From Leidyana gryllorum EB-2025a (Eukaryota > Protista > Apicomplexa), in contig JBLWGC010000140.1 in NCBI GenBank assembly GCA_048772705.1, forward strand, positions 248,001-312,000: 64,000 nt of DNA, read 5' to 3'. The translations under genes were made by a program, and so were the position numbers. Each line of letters opens with the position of its first letter. Within the stretch, counting starts at the first letter, position 1. Under the pieces are notes generated by a model that had not been told where the DNA came from, searched no databases, and saw only the letters and a program-made list of their open reading frames with translations. Shown piece after piece: positions 49,477 through 61,671 of this stretch.

Positions 49477-50014
49477 CACACGCCCTCACCGCACACTCGA
49501 TAGCAGAGTTCACACATTTCCCACACATTCTCTTCACACGCCCTCACCGCACACTCGATAGCAGAGTTCACACGCCCTCACCGCACACTCGATAGCAGAG
49601 TTCACACGCCCTCACCGCACACTCGATAGCAGAGTTCACACATTTCCCACACATTCTCTTCACACGCCCTCACCGCACACTCGATAGCAGAGTTCACACA
49701 TTGCCCACACATTCTCTTCACACACCCTCACCGCACACTCGATAGCAGAGTTCACACATTTCCCACACATTCTCTTCACACGCCCTCACCGCACACTCGA
49801 TAGCAGAGTTCACACATTGCCCACACATTCTCTTCACACACCCTCACCGCACACTCGATAGCAGAGTTCACACATTTCCCACACATTCTCTTCACACGCC
49901 CTCACCGCACACTCGATAGCAGAGTTCACACGCCCTCACCGCACACTCGATAGCAGAGTTCACACATTTCCCACACATTCTCTTCACACACCCTCACCGC
50001 ACACTCGATAGCAG
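49477..50014. repeat. Composite non-coding tandem repeat: 34-bp unit A (x11) interleaved with 24-bp unit B (x7)
   Basis: A = cacacgccctcaccgcacactcgatagcagagtt; B = cacacatttcccacacattctctt. It lies between two convergent genes. Confidence 0.95.
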
Positions 50015-50281
50015 CGTCCACACAACTCCCACACACACCCCGGCCCACTTATCCATGCACCATGCAACATATACTCGTTGTCAAATATCGGAAGGGTAGA
50101 CTGAGAGACACACACATATATGAATGTTGACATGTTAAAGGATCGCATAAGGGTCCATGAGTGTAGTATGTTCGCAAGATGTCGGGATGTCTCTCTCAGT
50201 GGCACATTAGGGTAGAGAATTATTGTTGTATCATTGGGAGAGTTTGGTTGGTTTCTTGGGTTCGTGGTGACAAAATCGCGC

Positions 50282-52379
50282 TCAGAGGAGAGGGTACTCG
50301 TTGTGCTCAAGGAGCAATGGAAGGGTTTCTTCATAACTAGGTGAGGGTGCTGTATCTGTGAGGCCAGAGAGCTGGCTGGCAGCAGACATTTCAATGAATG
50401 ATCCACGTTGAGTAACAAGAGTGCTTTTTCCGGTCTTATGTAATTCGCCTTGTTTCCAGTCTGGCAGTAGGACGAAGGAGAGGGGTAAGACCAGTAATGG
50501 CAGACAGGTGTGGACCCATAGTATGAGGCTGGGGAGAGCGTCAAAGTTGCAGTTGTGCCCCTGTATTGCAGAATGGGAGCACTACTCCGCCGCAGCGAGC
50601 AGAGGCTTACTTTACTGGTGATTCCCACGAGCTCAATGAGACGGTAGCCGAGCACTTTGGAGACTTGTTGTCCAAAGTTCATAAAGCCCGCTATGACAGC
50701 ATATGTGCAGCTTTCGACGTCTTTGGGGCAGAGCTGAGCGGTCAGTAGAGCGGTGGGCATGAAGTTCAACATTGCCATCATGGGCATCAGCACGGCGTCT
50801 CCAAATAGGTAGAAAGAGGCATCAGAGATGCCCAACAGTCGAGTGTTCCACCGTCGTACTAAGACGTAATCGAACAGGGAGCCGCAACTTTTGAGAACTG
50901 TGCTCAATATAAAGACTCTCCGAACCGTCCAATGACAGAAAATCCGACGGAACAACCAGATGCCAACCGCCCCAGCAACGAGACCGACTATAGACAGTCA
51001 GTCCATCGACCGGTCTTCAAGATGAGACAATCAATACTCACCAGTGTTAGTGTAACTTTGGTAATAGGTGTAGCTAAAGTGAGGCCCATCGGGGACGCAC
51101 AGAGCGTCGGCGGTGTACCAGCGGTCAAGGGCCCCCGAGATCGAGAGATAGCAGATCTCTGTCCCGAAGAAGAGATCAAATATCACATTTGCGGGACCAC
51201 CAAAGACCGGCCCACCTTGAAGGAACAGGAAGAGGTTGCAGCAAGCCAACATTCTGTCGAAACAGAAGAACTGAGCTACGCTCAATGCGCCGCCCGTCAG
51301 AACCACATATAACACCAGAGCATTTGGCCAATCGATTAGGGCTGACGATGGGATCGAAATGCCCTCAATCAGAAGCAAGAGTGAGAAGCTCACCCAGAAT
51401 CACCAATCCCACTGCCACTGCCGCCATAGCCAGCGATAAAAGTACAACACGACGGTGCTCCATCAGGACCGCCCTCTGACGTACACGAAGATGAGGCGTG
51501 ACACCCACATAATCCTTTGGCATCCAATTTAGGTACACTGGAATGACCGCCAACATCATGGGACAGACCACCAACTCGAATATGATACCCGGCCCAAATG
51601 TATCGACCAAGAAACCAACACTCAATGCAGCCACCATCGCTCCAGCTGTGACGCACCACCACACGAACGATACGAGTTTGGCGCTATTGGAGACGTGGAT
51701 GTGTCTTGGGGGCTGACTCGCACTCTCACCCGGTATCAGCGGCGTCGGACGACTGCGGATCATTGACACGCCGCAACTGCATCTGCAGCTCATTCTCCTG
51801 TCTGATCAGCTCTGCGATGGGAGACATACGCAATGTCGGTCGAGCTCCCGCTGAGAGTGACACTCAGCCGCCTTACCCGAGTACTTCCCCTGACAGAGCA
51901 AGTCGAATGTTGCGACCTGCAGGTGGCAGAAGATCATCAGAACGGCAGCCTTTCGGGGATCAATTCCTGAAGCAGACAACTGAATTCGGCGGGCCGCGGG
52001 GGGACAGACTCAAGAGACTTACGGTCAGAGCTGAAGCCGAGCACCAGCGCGGCTGTGCATCCCATTGTACCAGTGATCAGCATATAGTAGCTGTGCTGCC
52101 GACAAGAGTGATCGGCGGATAGATCCGATTAGGGGCGATTCACCTCTTCTTGTATCCATTGATCGGGAATATATCACTGAGAGCACCCAGCAGCCCTTTG
52201 GCAGCCCATGGCACAGTGCTGATGGTTGAGAGGAGTTGGAGTTGGGCCGCATTTACACCTTTGGCCACATAGTAGGGTAGTTGCACTTGTTGTAGGAAGG
52301 TGTGGGTGGTGCCTTTGAGGCCGATATAGACTACTGCTAGAAGGAGTGCGAATGTGGTTGGGACGGGAAGCCCCAACAT
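50282..52379 (-). CDS. BT1-family folate/biopterin transporter (multi-exon)
   Basis: PWAAKGLLGALSDIFPINGYKKR, PHFSYTYYQ and QLCPKDVESCTYAVIAGFMNFG, with many hydrophobic helices. Confidence 0.88.
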
Positions 52380-52424
52380 TGAGTTTGAGCGCTGATTTCA
52401 CGCACTAAAAAGGGATGAATGATA

Positions 52425-54044
52425 TCACATCTTGACACAGAGGCCATTCTTGAGTTTGTACTTTCTGGGGCACTCGAGTTTGGCCTCGAGAATTTCAGTG
52501 CGTTGACACTGTCCATCGGTACCGATGAAGCCCTTGGGGCACTCGGCGAGGGCTGGAATGACAGTTGCGATTTCGCATTCATCTCCGACTACATGGCCTT
52601 CATCACAGTAATAGACACCTAGAACAGAACTAATTCTTGAACACTCATTGTTGAGCTTATTCAGTGAGAATCCGGGCGGGCATTCTTGACGGGGAAGACG
52701 AGTTTCGACCTTGCGGCATCGTCCATCGGGACTCGGCAGACTTCCATCCTCACAGATGTTGAGGGCCGCGGCAATCTCGGAGGCTTCACACATGCCGGAG
52801 CGAGCGATGAAACCGGTGGGGCAAATAACCTCCGGAACGACTGCGACGATCATCTCACACTCATCTCTGTAGGTGGGTTTGTATCCGCGAGGGCAGCGCT
52901 CGAGGGGAGACTTGGTGCTCGACTGGACACAGACTCCCTTGTCGAGGGTGAAGCCGCGAGCACACGCTGGCTCGGCCATGCTGGTGGTGGTGACAACGCA
53001 GTTTCCGTTCTTGGTGAGAGTGCCCTCGGGACAAGCGACATCGGCCTTCTGCGTGAAGACGCGAACACATTGGTCTCCCTCCAACTTGAATCCAACGTCA
53101 CAGACCGCTTGGAGAGCCTGCTCGAGGACTTTGACACATCTGTTCTCGCTCCTCTCGAATCCTGTGGGACAGACATACTTGGCGGGCTGAGTGAGAGTGA
53201 ACTCGCAGAGTTTGCCCTTGGATTCTCCCTGGCCACAGCGATGGATAGGTTTCAAGATGGTCTCCTGGTAGCAGACATCTTCGCTCTGTTGAGCCTTGAG
53301 TCCCTTAGAACACTGGAAGATGGGCTGTTGCTTGGTCTCCCGGACACAGACATCGTTGACGAGCACGTAACCGGCAGCACACTCCTTAATCGGCTTCTCG
53401 TAGACCCAAGACTCACATCTCTTGCCAACAAGTTCAAAGTTGTGCGGGCATCGAAGGTCGGCATTGATACGAGTAACAGCCATGCAGCCGCTACGAGTCT
53501 GTTTGTAGCCATCAGGACACACGGTCTTGGCGTGAACGGCACCCAATTTGACACAGACTCCGTCCTCCAAGACCCAGCCAGAGTCACAGGCTCCAATTGA
53601 GGGTAGAACGTCCAACGCTTCACACTTCGATCCTTTCATGATGGTACCTTCCGGGCAGCTCAGCTTGGCTGCCTTGCGTTTTCGTTGGGAACAGCGCAAA
53701 CTGCCATCCTCGATGTTGAAGGAGTCAGGACAGAATGAGGTCTGTTCAGCGTAGATCACACGTACACACGCGCGGCCCTGCTGTTCATACCCTTCTGGGC
53801 AGATTAAATTTGGCGATACAGTTTCTGGGTAAACACGTTCGGGGCCACCCTTCACAACTCCGTGAAGGAGCGATCCACGTTCTCCCAAAGGCGTTATAGC
53901 CACTTTGGTCGGTTCGGAATATCCATTCGGAGTGCCTTGATAGATGCGCTGGCCATCACAGTCATATCCGTGACATTCCGCCGTCTGTTGTGAGTCTTCT
54001 GCAGTTACCAATGATACGATGCCAATAACGAATTGCCACTTCAT
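52425..54044 (-). CDS. Oocyst wall protein (COWP/OWP-type cysteine-repeat protein)
   Basis: Signal peptide MKWQFVIGIVSLVTA, then ~20 CPxG[FY]x(4-6)C repeats with regular Cys spacing; intronless. Confidence 0.88.
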   Translation of the reverse strand: MKWQFVIGIVSLVTAEDSQQTAECHGYDCDGQRIYQGTPNGYSEPTKVAITPLGERGSLLHGVVKGGPERVYPETVSPNLICPEGYEQQGRACVRVIYAEQTSFCPDSFNIEDGSLRCSQRKRKAAKLSCPEGTIMKGSKCEALDVLPSIGACDSGWVLEDGVCVKLGAVHAKTVCPDGYKQTRSGCMAVTRINADLRCPHNFELVGKRCESWVYEKPIKECAAGYVLVNDVCVRETKQQPIFQCSKGLKAQQSEDVCYQETILKPIHRCGQGESKGKLCEFTLTQPAKYVCPTGFERSENRCVKVLEQALQAVCDVGFKLEGDQCVRVFTQKADVACPEGTLTKNGNCVVTTTSMAEPACARGFTLDKGVCVQSSTKSPLERCPRGYKPTYRDECEMIVAVVPEVICPTGFIARSGMCEASEIAAALNICEDGSLPSPDGRCRKVETRLPRQECPPGFSLNKLNNECSRISSVLGVYYCDEGHVVGDECEIATVIPALAECPKGFIGTDGQCQRTEILEAKLECPRKYKLKNGLCVKM

Positions 54045-54255
54045 GTTGTCCACTGAACGATTTGATATTCAACGTTGCTCACACTCGACTCGTTCCTCTT
54101 GCGAGCGCGCACGCCTGTTTGTTTGCCCTCACTTCCACACATCATCCAGGAAAACTCACAACTTCAATACACGTCAATTCTATCGATACACTTGTGCTCA
54201 AAAACAAATTTAGGCCCCCTTACCCTGACCACACTGTTTAAATCGTGTGACGGCC

Positions 54256-56835
54256 ATGTTCTACGCACCTAATGCACCTGTTCCCGTAATAGAGCTCGTT
54301 GATCCCAATGGCATCTACAATCGTCAATTCGAGGGCTACCTACAAAGGCTGGCCCCCCAGTACGAATCGCGCCAACTACAGCTCCTTGAAAAAGAAGCTA
54401 AGGTCAATAACAATAAGCCGCACTGCCAGAACCTAACCTCCTCGGCAACAATAACACGTAACACGGACTCAGATCGGACAGAATCCGAAGATGATGTCGA
54501 TAGTGACCAGTCCGGCGGTGTCAGCCGGCCCAGATCAGCCACACAGTCTGAAGAGATCTCGGACACCGAACAACAACACAGCTCTTCCTCTGTCTCGGAA
54601 GAAGAGGAGGACGAAGAAGATGAGCTGGAGTCCGCTAGCGAGGATGATCGAGAGTCCAGCTGCAGTGATGACGACGACAGTGAGGAGAGCGAGGTCGCTC
54701 TCAGTCATTATAGTGACGACGCCCGCGAGGATAGTGCATCGCCTCCCAACGAAGTGAAGACTCCTCCGGAAGAGGAAGAGACTTCTTTGTGCAGCAATGA
54801 TGGGAGCAATCTCGTGCCTAAGGTATTGGAGGCCCGTGATCAGGCACCAGAGGACGGTTCGGGTGGTGTATTGAGGCCGATGGATGACGAGGAGAACAGT
54901 ATGGCAAACAAAGCTAAAAGGCTTTCAGTTCTCCAAAGCCCTCGAGCGGAGCTCGAGGATCAACCCTTCAATGTCTTTACCGTGGTGGGCCCGCCGAGGA
55001 GTGGTGTCAGTGAGTCGGACATCGTGGAGACGTGTATGTTTGAGTCATTCCTCCAGGTCACCTGATGAATCTGATGTTCAATTGCTCCTTCAATACAGCG
55101 GTGCACGCGGCTGACGACACCAGGAGTGAGGACGGGGATCGAGACGGCACCCGGACCACTCTTGGGCTCTGGGCGGCCAAACTGCGACACACCGGAGGCC
55201 GGCACATGGTTCTGCTGGAAGTCGGAGGCTTCAAGGGAGACTCGGACGAGCAGAAAGTGAGTGATCACCTGCCGTCTCCCATCGCATTCAATCTTGACAG
55301 AGACTCTGGGAGCAGTCACTGACATTCACTTTGGCGGTTTCTGACGCAATTGGGGTCAATGTCTATGCCCGAGACCTCAAGAAGTATTCCGACGAAAACT
55401 ACCCGGAATGGCTCCTAGAGACTCTTAAGCAAATCGTCACCATTCAAACCAATCTCCAACATCTCAGAGATCGGTGAGGAGACGCCGATTGGTATCGTGT
55501 GAGACGAAAACACTCTCCCCCCCCCATTAGGCACCTTCCGAAGGCTCGGTATATTCTCTATTTCTTCGTGAGAGACTGGGATGGGGATATTGAGGACCTC
55601 GAGAGAATCGAGGACGAAGTTGTTACTGAGATGATGGAAACCGTTTGGAAAGCCGCGAGCCTGCCGCCGCACCTCGTAAACTTGGATTACGAAGAGTTCT
55701 ATGAGCCCTCCGTCATTGCTGTCCCTTGTCTCCTGAAACCCCGAGCCAAGGAAGTGGCCAGGTTTCTTGCTGATACCCCAGAACAGTAAGTCTTACGTCT
55801 AATGGTTTGGGGGAACCGCATCCGTTGTTTCCGTCATCTATTGTGTCGATCATGTCGAGCCGTCTCCCTCCTCAGGATCTTCGGCGACATGCCAACGGCA
55901 TATGGTGGAGACGTCAGTATCTGCGAGTTTGCGCCTTTCTGTGAGCAGGTTTGGGAGGAAGTTCGCTGTGGATTGCCTCCGCCATATTGGCGACGGGTGG
56001 GCGAGTTGTTGATGATGGCTCGGTGAGATGCACACATCGTTCTCTGCCCACTGAATGTCGACATAGATGTGTTGTGTTGAAGGAGCGAATAGCATTTGAA
56101 TTGGTCGAGCGGGTCCGAGCTGAACAATACGCCGACTTTAACGCTTATTGGGATAAATGTCATCCCAGACGGATGGTGAGAGTGGCATACGGAGAATTCC
56201 GTCTCTATGCCGGCGGCTACCCGACACGCATTACCAAACCGGTGGCCTATACCCTCTACGAAGCGTGAGTCGCTCGTTCGAGTCCCTCTGACACCAAATC
56301 GGGGTCTCTTCTTTAGAGTCTGCGCCGCGTACGATCCCATTGTCCAGGAGGCCGCTGGGAGACTGCTGACGATTATTCTTGAAAAGATTCTGGGGCTGCG
56401 AGAGAAGATGGTGCGGAAGAATCGCTTGTCGGACCAAATCAAGTGAGTCTCGTATTCCAGACACAATCGTGGGATGGAATATCGTCGTTGCTTCAGAGGG
56501 ATAAATCGCGGCCGAATGTTGCGGAATTTCGATACTTTCATCGACGGCACCGATATGAATGTCACTCTGGATGACGGAACCCGAGTCACATACAATTTCT
56601 ACTTGAACGAAATGCGAGAGTGGCTGGTCACGGCCATCAACAGGATCTTTGACCAACCGATCAACGTGCACGTAACGGAAGCACCCGTCCCGCCGGACTT
56701 TGTGAAGGCTGTGAGTGTATGCTCTCTCAGTCAGCAGAATCAGTATTTACTTGTGGGTTGCAGGGTAAAGCCTCGAGCGCTCCGCGGTTCGAAATACAGA
56801 TAGTGGACAGGCGCCGATCTACAAGCGACGATTGA
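54256..56835 (+). CDS. Hypothetical protein with acidic N-terminal region (multi-exon)
   Basis: ORFs 54247..55065, 55065..55322, 55499..55789, 55951..56268, 56207..56446 and 56474..56803 are each flanked by GTRAG donors and YAG acceptors. No domain recognised. Confidence 0.55.
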
Positions 56836-58411
56836 CCTTCCTGAGAGACCGATGGGCTTCTGGTACTGCTGGTTCTTCCTCGGTTGACAGACTGGGAGGG
56901 GGTGTCGGTTTTGCGTCACCGTCGTCCAGGTCGACGAGGATGGACGGGCGGTTGATCCGCTTCCAACTGATATGGCTCCCCTGCGTTATTCCTTCCATAG
57001 CGAGACGTAAAGCTGCAATCTGTGGGTCCTCCTCGCCCCCGGTCTCAACGGTCGAGTTACTGCTCGACGCGGAATCCAGAGACGTGTGAGACCTGCCCGA
57101 TAGCGGTGACACTCTTGCCAACCCCACAGAGCGCTTCACGCGGTACACAATGTTCTGAGTAATGAACCCGATCATAGAAATCAGAATCAATGTCAGAACC
57201 AACTTGCAGCAAAAGTTCAGACCATTTCCACTCGACTGCAGACATCACAAAGGCTGTACGATCAGTAATTCTTTAAACTCACCACGAGAGCTTTCAGCTT
57301 CTCATTGACCTCAATGACCTCCGCATTGGCCTCATCAGCTTGTCGACTTAACTCCAGCGCCATGCGCCCCTGCTCTTCGGCCTTGTTACCTATCTCTGTG
57401 GCGATAATGTTCAGTCGATCCACTACTTTGCCGACTTCCAACAATTGTTTATCCTGAAACGAACCTTTGCGTTCAGCCTTTGCAGCGCGGGGGTGCAGAA
57501 AGGGTCGACAAAACCGAAGCGGGGAGGCGGTGAGAGGGTGGGACTTACGAAGTCTTTGTCTCGAGCATCCCATCTATTCATGACCGCCTGCTCCTCGGCT
57601 GTGGGCTCCCGCCATTGCCCTCCCGCCCCATTGTCGAACTCGGGAGGAGGCGCTACTCCAGCCTCTTCCATCTGAGATCTGAAGCGGAGGACGTTATTGT
57701 TAAGTCAGGCGAGTCGCCTCCGAGGGAGCGGGAAGAGACTTGGGATTGGAACTCACATAAAGTCGGTGAGAGTGATGATTTCAGACTCCGTAAAGTCGGT
57801 TCCGCGTTTGGCTAATTCTCGGCAATCTTCAATCTGGCGTTTGATGACTTGCATCTCTTTGAACCGAATATCCAGTTCATCTGCGGAGATGCCTTTATTG
57901 GCCTTCTTGCTTTGTTTCTTGAAGATCTCCTTCAGAGTGACAAAGTTTTTGTTCAGTTCGTCCAGATTCTTGCTGATCTGCGTTCGTCGTTGAATAGCCT
58001 CCACGGTATTCCCGCTTTGAGACTGAATCTCGTACTTCTCCCGAATGAATTGCTTGGTAGAAAAGAGCATAGCGTACATTGACTTCTTCAATCTGCATCA
58101 AGCTATAGATATCCGATTCGACCAATACACTCACGTCACGAATTCGTCAGTGGTCGCGGCTTGTTCATCTTCTGTACCCAAACACGCGTTCTCGATCCGG
58201 ATCACTTTGAGCAATAACTCTTCCAATTCTGGAACGACCTCACACAAGACAGCAGCCCTCACTCACGCTTCCCATAAAAGTTGAGGGGGGGAGGTAACTT
58301 TCTGTTAGCGGGACTGGCTATCGACCCTTGCCGGTCCGGGTTCTCCGCCCCCACCACAGTCGGGTCTGTTTGGGGAGGGTTGGGCTCCTCCTTCTTGGCC
58401 GAACGCCACAT
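56819..58411 (-). CDS. t-SNARE (Qc, SYP7-like) with C-terminal extension beyond the TM helix (multi-exon)
   Basis: N-terminal helical bundle (57753..58091); SNARE motif DKQLLEVGKVVDRLNIIATEIGNKAEEQGRMALEL; TM NFCCKLVLTLILISMIGFIT. Confidence 0.75.
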
Positions 58412-59368
58412 CACTAGCCCACACCAATTTTTGCCACACTATACCACACAGTCTCTCATCAAAGCCCCACCCCTAACTAATACCCTCGAGAGCGAACCTC
58501 TGAGTGCTCGACACCCGGTACGCCCTCAATCTACACTCGTCACTCCACACACACACTGTGTGAAAGACATAACAGGACCAACATTTAAAAACTAAATTCG
58601 CTTTAATTTTTATCCTTGCTCAGGGGCATTAGTATTATCAATGACGCTCAGCGGACGATATACTAGTTGCTTGATTGAAAACTGACGCACCACTTCCCGT
58701 CGTTACGCACCTCTGCGTATCGCAATTTCTGCAGGGCCTCTGGCCTGACAAAGACCCGATGTGGTTTATCTCTTCGGGTCTCGATTCTTTCTGCAATATG
58801 CAGGTTATAATGGGGACGACTCTGAAATGGGGATTTCCGGCGACACGACACCCCTTCTTGACGAGAATGCAACTGTGGTAAGCTTCACGACTCCTCTGGA
58901 GCGAAGCGGAGACGAGGGGCGCATCAAGAAAACAAGTCGATGCTGTGAAGAGAGGACACTCGACTCGGGTGGTCATTCTAGACAGAATCAGTCTTTTCTC
59001 GTGTGGGCTGCGAGTTGGTGAGAGGAACAATTTGTTAGCAGAGGGAGTATTGAAGACGAATACTCGCTATAGCTCCGGGGTGAGAGATCCATCACCCCTC
59101 CAAGTTCGAGCTGGGAGGCCTCGACGGGCGTTGGAGACCCCGCAATAGGGACCGAAAAGAGACGCCTTGAACCAGCAAGCGCTTTCCGAGGCCAGACTCT
59201 CTCCCATCGTTACTGACCCCGTCTCGCCCAGCTCCCTTCCGAGGGGTCCACAACGGTTTCCCATTTGGTTAGCAGCCGTTAGGCTCAGTTAGATTTGTCT
59301 GTGGCATTCCTTCTCTTAGTATCCACTTTGGCGCAAATACCCTTCCAAGTATTCGTGATAGCTAAAAC

Positions 59369-61258
59369 ATGTTGCTGTCGGCTGGGGAAGCCCCGAATAT
59401 CGTAGCCACCCCTTGGGGCGAGCTTTCCTTAGCTAATGGCCCAGCCACAACTTTGTGGTTCAGTCCGTGTACCGATCATAAATGGCTGCAGCTTGAGGAG
59501 GATGGGGCCTATAAGTTGTATTTGGAGGTCAGTGGCCCATTAGAGATCGCTGATATTGCTGAGCTGACCGAGACGCTGAAGAGGAGTCCTGTGGAGCGAG
59601 GAGGGCGTCTCACCATTGTAGTCGCGGCTGATGAGTGGACTTGGACAAAGCCTTCACATTTTCACCTGGAGACTGTCATCTTCAGACGCACTACGCTGCG
59701 GAAGTATCATGGAGAGGACGAGGAGTTTTTGGGTTGTGTGGAGCATTTGAGGGTGACTGAGGTCGATCGATGTCAGCGTCAGGTGGTCAAGTTCCGATGT
59801 GCCCGCGCCGCCGGGACACCAGGGATAAAGATACTGAGTGCATTGAGTCGACTGATACAGGTTGACCGCGAAAGTCATCTCTGTTCCTTGGAGGTTTACT
59901 GCACGAGTATCAGTCGCCAAGCGCTCACTTCTAACTTTGACCGCGACCTCACCCTGTTTGGAGAAGAAGAGACGTGGAAACTGACTTTCGATGAGAAGAA
60001 GCCAAGTCGGGAACTGGAGGTGCACTGGAGTGACTGGGCTGCACTGACTCCGAGTCGATGGGGTAGTGAATACCTAAGACTCTTATCGCGCTGTGCGTCA
60101 GAGTCGCGCATCAGAGCAGTGCGGTTCATCGCTCCTCACTTCACTTGGGCTACGTCACAAGATCCAATTGAAGTGATGATGCCTCTGAGTCTTATTGCCA
60201 CTGGAAGCGGGAACAACTCATTCGAGGGTCACATAATACTTCGAGACAAGTTTGAATGGGTGGCTGCCAAAGGGTCTATTGATGTGATGGGCTCCCTCGA
60301 AGGTTCCGATATCAGCTTGTGTACAGCAAACGACAGTGTTTCCAACTGTTTGCCGGCCAACCCATTGATCATTGAAACCCCAAGTAATCGGCCTGGATGG
60401 ACGATTGAACCACACCGCATTAAGAACCACATCGATGGAGTCAGGAGTACAGTTGGGACCGGACAAGTGTCTTTAACAACGACGCGGGACGACTCTGTAG
60501 TCGACGAGATTGACGGTCTAGCATCCCTGGTGGCTTTCGAAGACAGTGTGCAAGAAATGTTGAATGAATGTGTCTCCAAAAGGTGGGTGAAGAACGGCCC
60601 TACAAATTACGAACTGCGTCTTGAACACCCTGGCGGTGTTCAACTGGAAGATATTGCGACTCTAACCCGTAACCTGCGCGACGCATTGCCGGATGAGGAA
60701 AGCGCCAGCGTTTTCATCACCACTCCAAGCTGCCACCGGTCCAGCAATCTTCGCTTCCACTTGCCAGTACGGGGATTGCACCGGGAGACTTTGAAGTGCC
60801 GCGGACGGGCTGGTCGAGAACCCTTGGGCCCCACCACCGCTCAGGGAGCTGAGACGGTTTCCTTCGCTGCCAATATTGAGACGGAGTTGTTGCGAAATGA
60901 ATTGGAGATTGCCCGGGAATCGGTCGCGGACGTTTCGAGAGACCTGTCCCAGATGACAGAGTCGTTAGCACAATCGAGACTGAAAGCTTCCGAAACGGCG
61001 GTGAAAGAGCTGAACCGCGTCGACGAGGTGAGTTTCAAATACGATGATGAAATATCTTTGGTGTATCAGCTTCGATCATTGGTGACACAATATGGGGATT
61101 GGATAGCTAATAGTGAGACGAGATACGCGGAGATGCAGAAAGCTATGACGCAAGCGATGGAAGCTCATCAAGCCCAAATCAATACTCTCCTCGACTGTGT
61201 GCACACGGCTGCCTCCAACACACCCACTGATTGGGAAAAGTATCGCACTTACTGCTGA
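59369..61258 (+). CDS. Intronless hypothetical protein, paralog A of an unrecognised family; C-terminal coiled coil
   Basis: 629-aa ATG ORF with AAAACATG context; colinear similarity to ORF 61672..63690. Confidence 0.8.
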   Translation: MLLSAGEAPNIVATPWGELSLANGPATTLWFSPCTDHKWLQLEEDGAYKLYLEVSGPLEIADIAELTETLKRSPVERGGRLTIVVAADEWTWTKPSHFHLETVIFRRTTLRKYHGEDEEFLGCVEHLRVTEVDRCQRQVVKFRCARAAGTPGIKILSALSRLIQVDRESHLCSLEVYCTSISRQALTSNFDRDLTLFGEEETWKLTFDEKKPSRELEVHWSDWAALTPSRWGSEYLRLLSRCASESRIRAVRFIAPHFTWATSQDPIEVMMPLSLIATGSGNNSFEGHIILRDKFEWVAAKGSIDVMGSLEGSDISLCTANDSVSNCLPANPLIIETPSNRPGWTIEPHRIKNHIDGVRSTVGTGQVSLTTTRDDSVVDEIDGLASLVAFEDSVQEMLNECVSKRWVKNGPTNYELRLEHPGGVQLEDIATLTRNLRDALPDEESASVFITTPSCHRSSNLRFHLPVRGLHRETLKCRGRAGREPLGPTTAQGAETVSFAANIETELLRNELEIARESVADVSRDLSQMTESLAQSRLKASETAVKELNRVDEVSFKYDDEISLVYQLRSLVTQYGDWIANSETRYAEMQKAMTQAMEAHQAQINTLLDCVHTAASNTPTDWEKYRTYC

Positions 61259-61671
61259 TGCTCAAGTAAGAGTGCTGGGAGTATTGTCGGGCGAGCGGGA
61301 GAAGCGTAAGTACACAAATGGGATTCGAGTAGAGTACAAAGCTTCATGTTGAACATAGTGACGCTCAACAAATCCACTATATGGCCCTCAAGACCAAATT
61401 CGAGCCGGCGGGCCACTGGTCCTCTCCACCAATAACATGTGTCACTCGCCATCGGGACGCACATATTGTCACATCCTCCCGCAGCGATGGCTGCGGTGAC
61501 ATATGCCGCACCTCTGTTGTAAAGAGTTCCCGGAAGGGGCATATGTAAGCGACTGAAAGGAGGGATCCAAGGTATCTGGCATTGCATCTCGCGTCATCAA
61601 AGATGAATCGTCGACCTGAGATTCAGAGTGTCAGTGCTCTGCGCAGCATTCGTCTGCTACTTCCCCTGTCG

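Noticed and set aside
49477-50014. CRISPR-like appearance (34-bp repeats separated by 24-bp segments)
   Set aside because: The 'spacers' are identical or absent, there are no cas genes, and the context is eukaryotic. It is a composite minisatellite.
52686-53600. 304-aa + strand ORF
   Set aside because: Antisense shadow of the oocyst wall protein; no ATG-supported start or recognisable motif.
58638-59264. Several 65-130-aa ORFs between the SNARE and paralog A
   Set aside because: No motif and no consistent exon chain, so a gene call cannot be supported.
61249-61587. 112-aa minus-strand ORF between the two paralogs
   Set aside because: No recognisable features or similarity to the flanking family; left uncalled.
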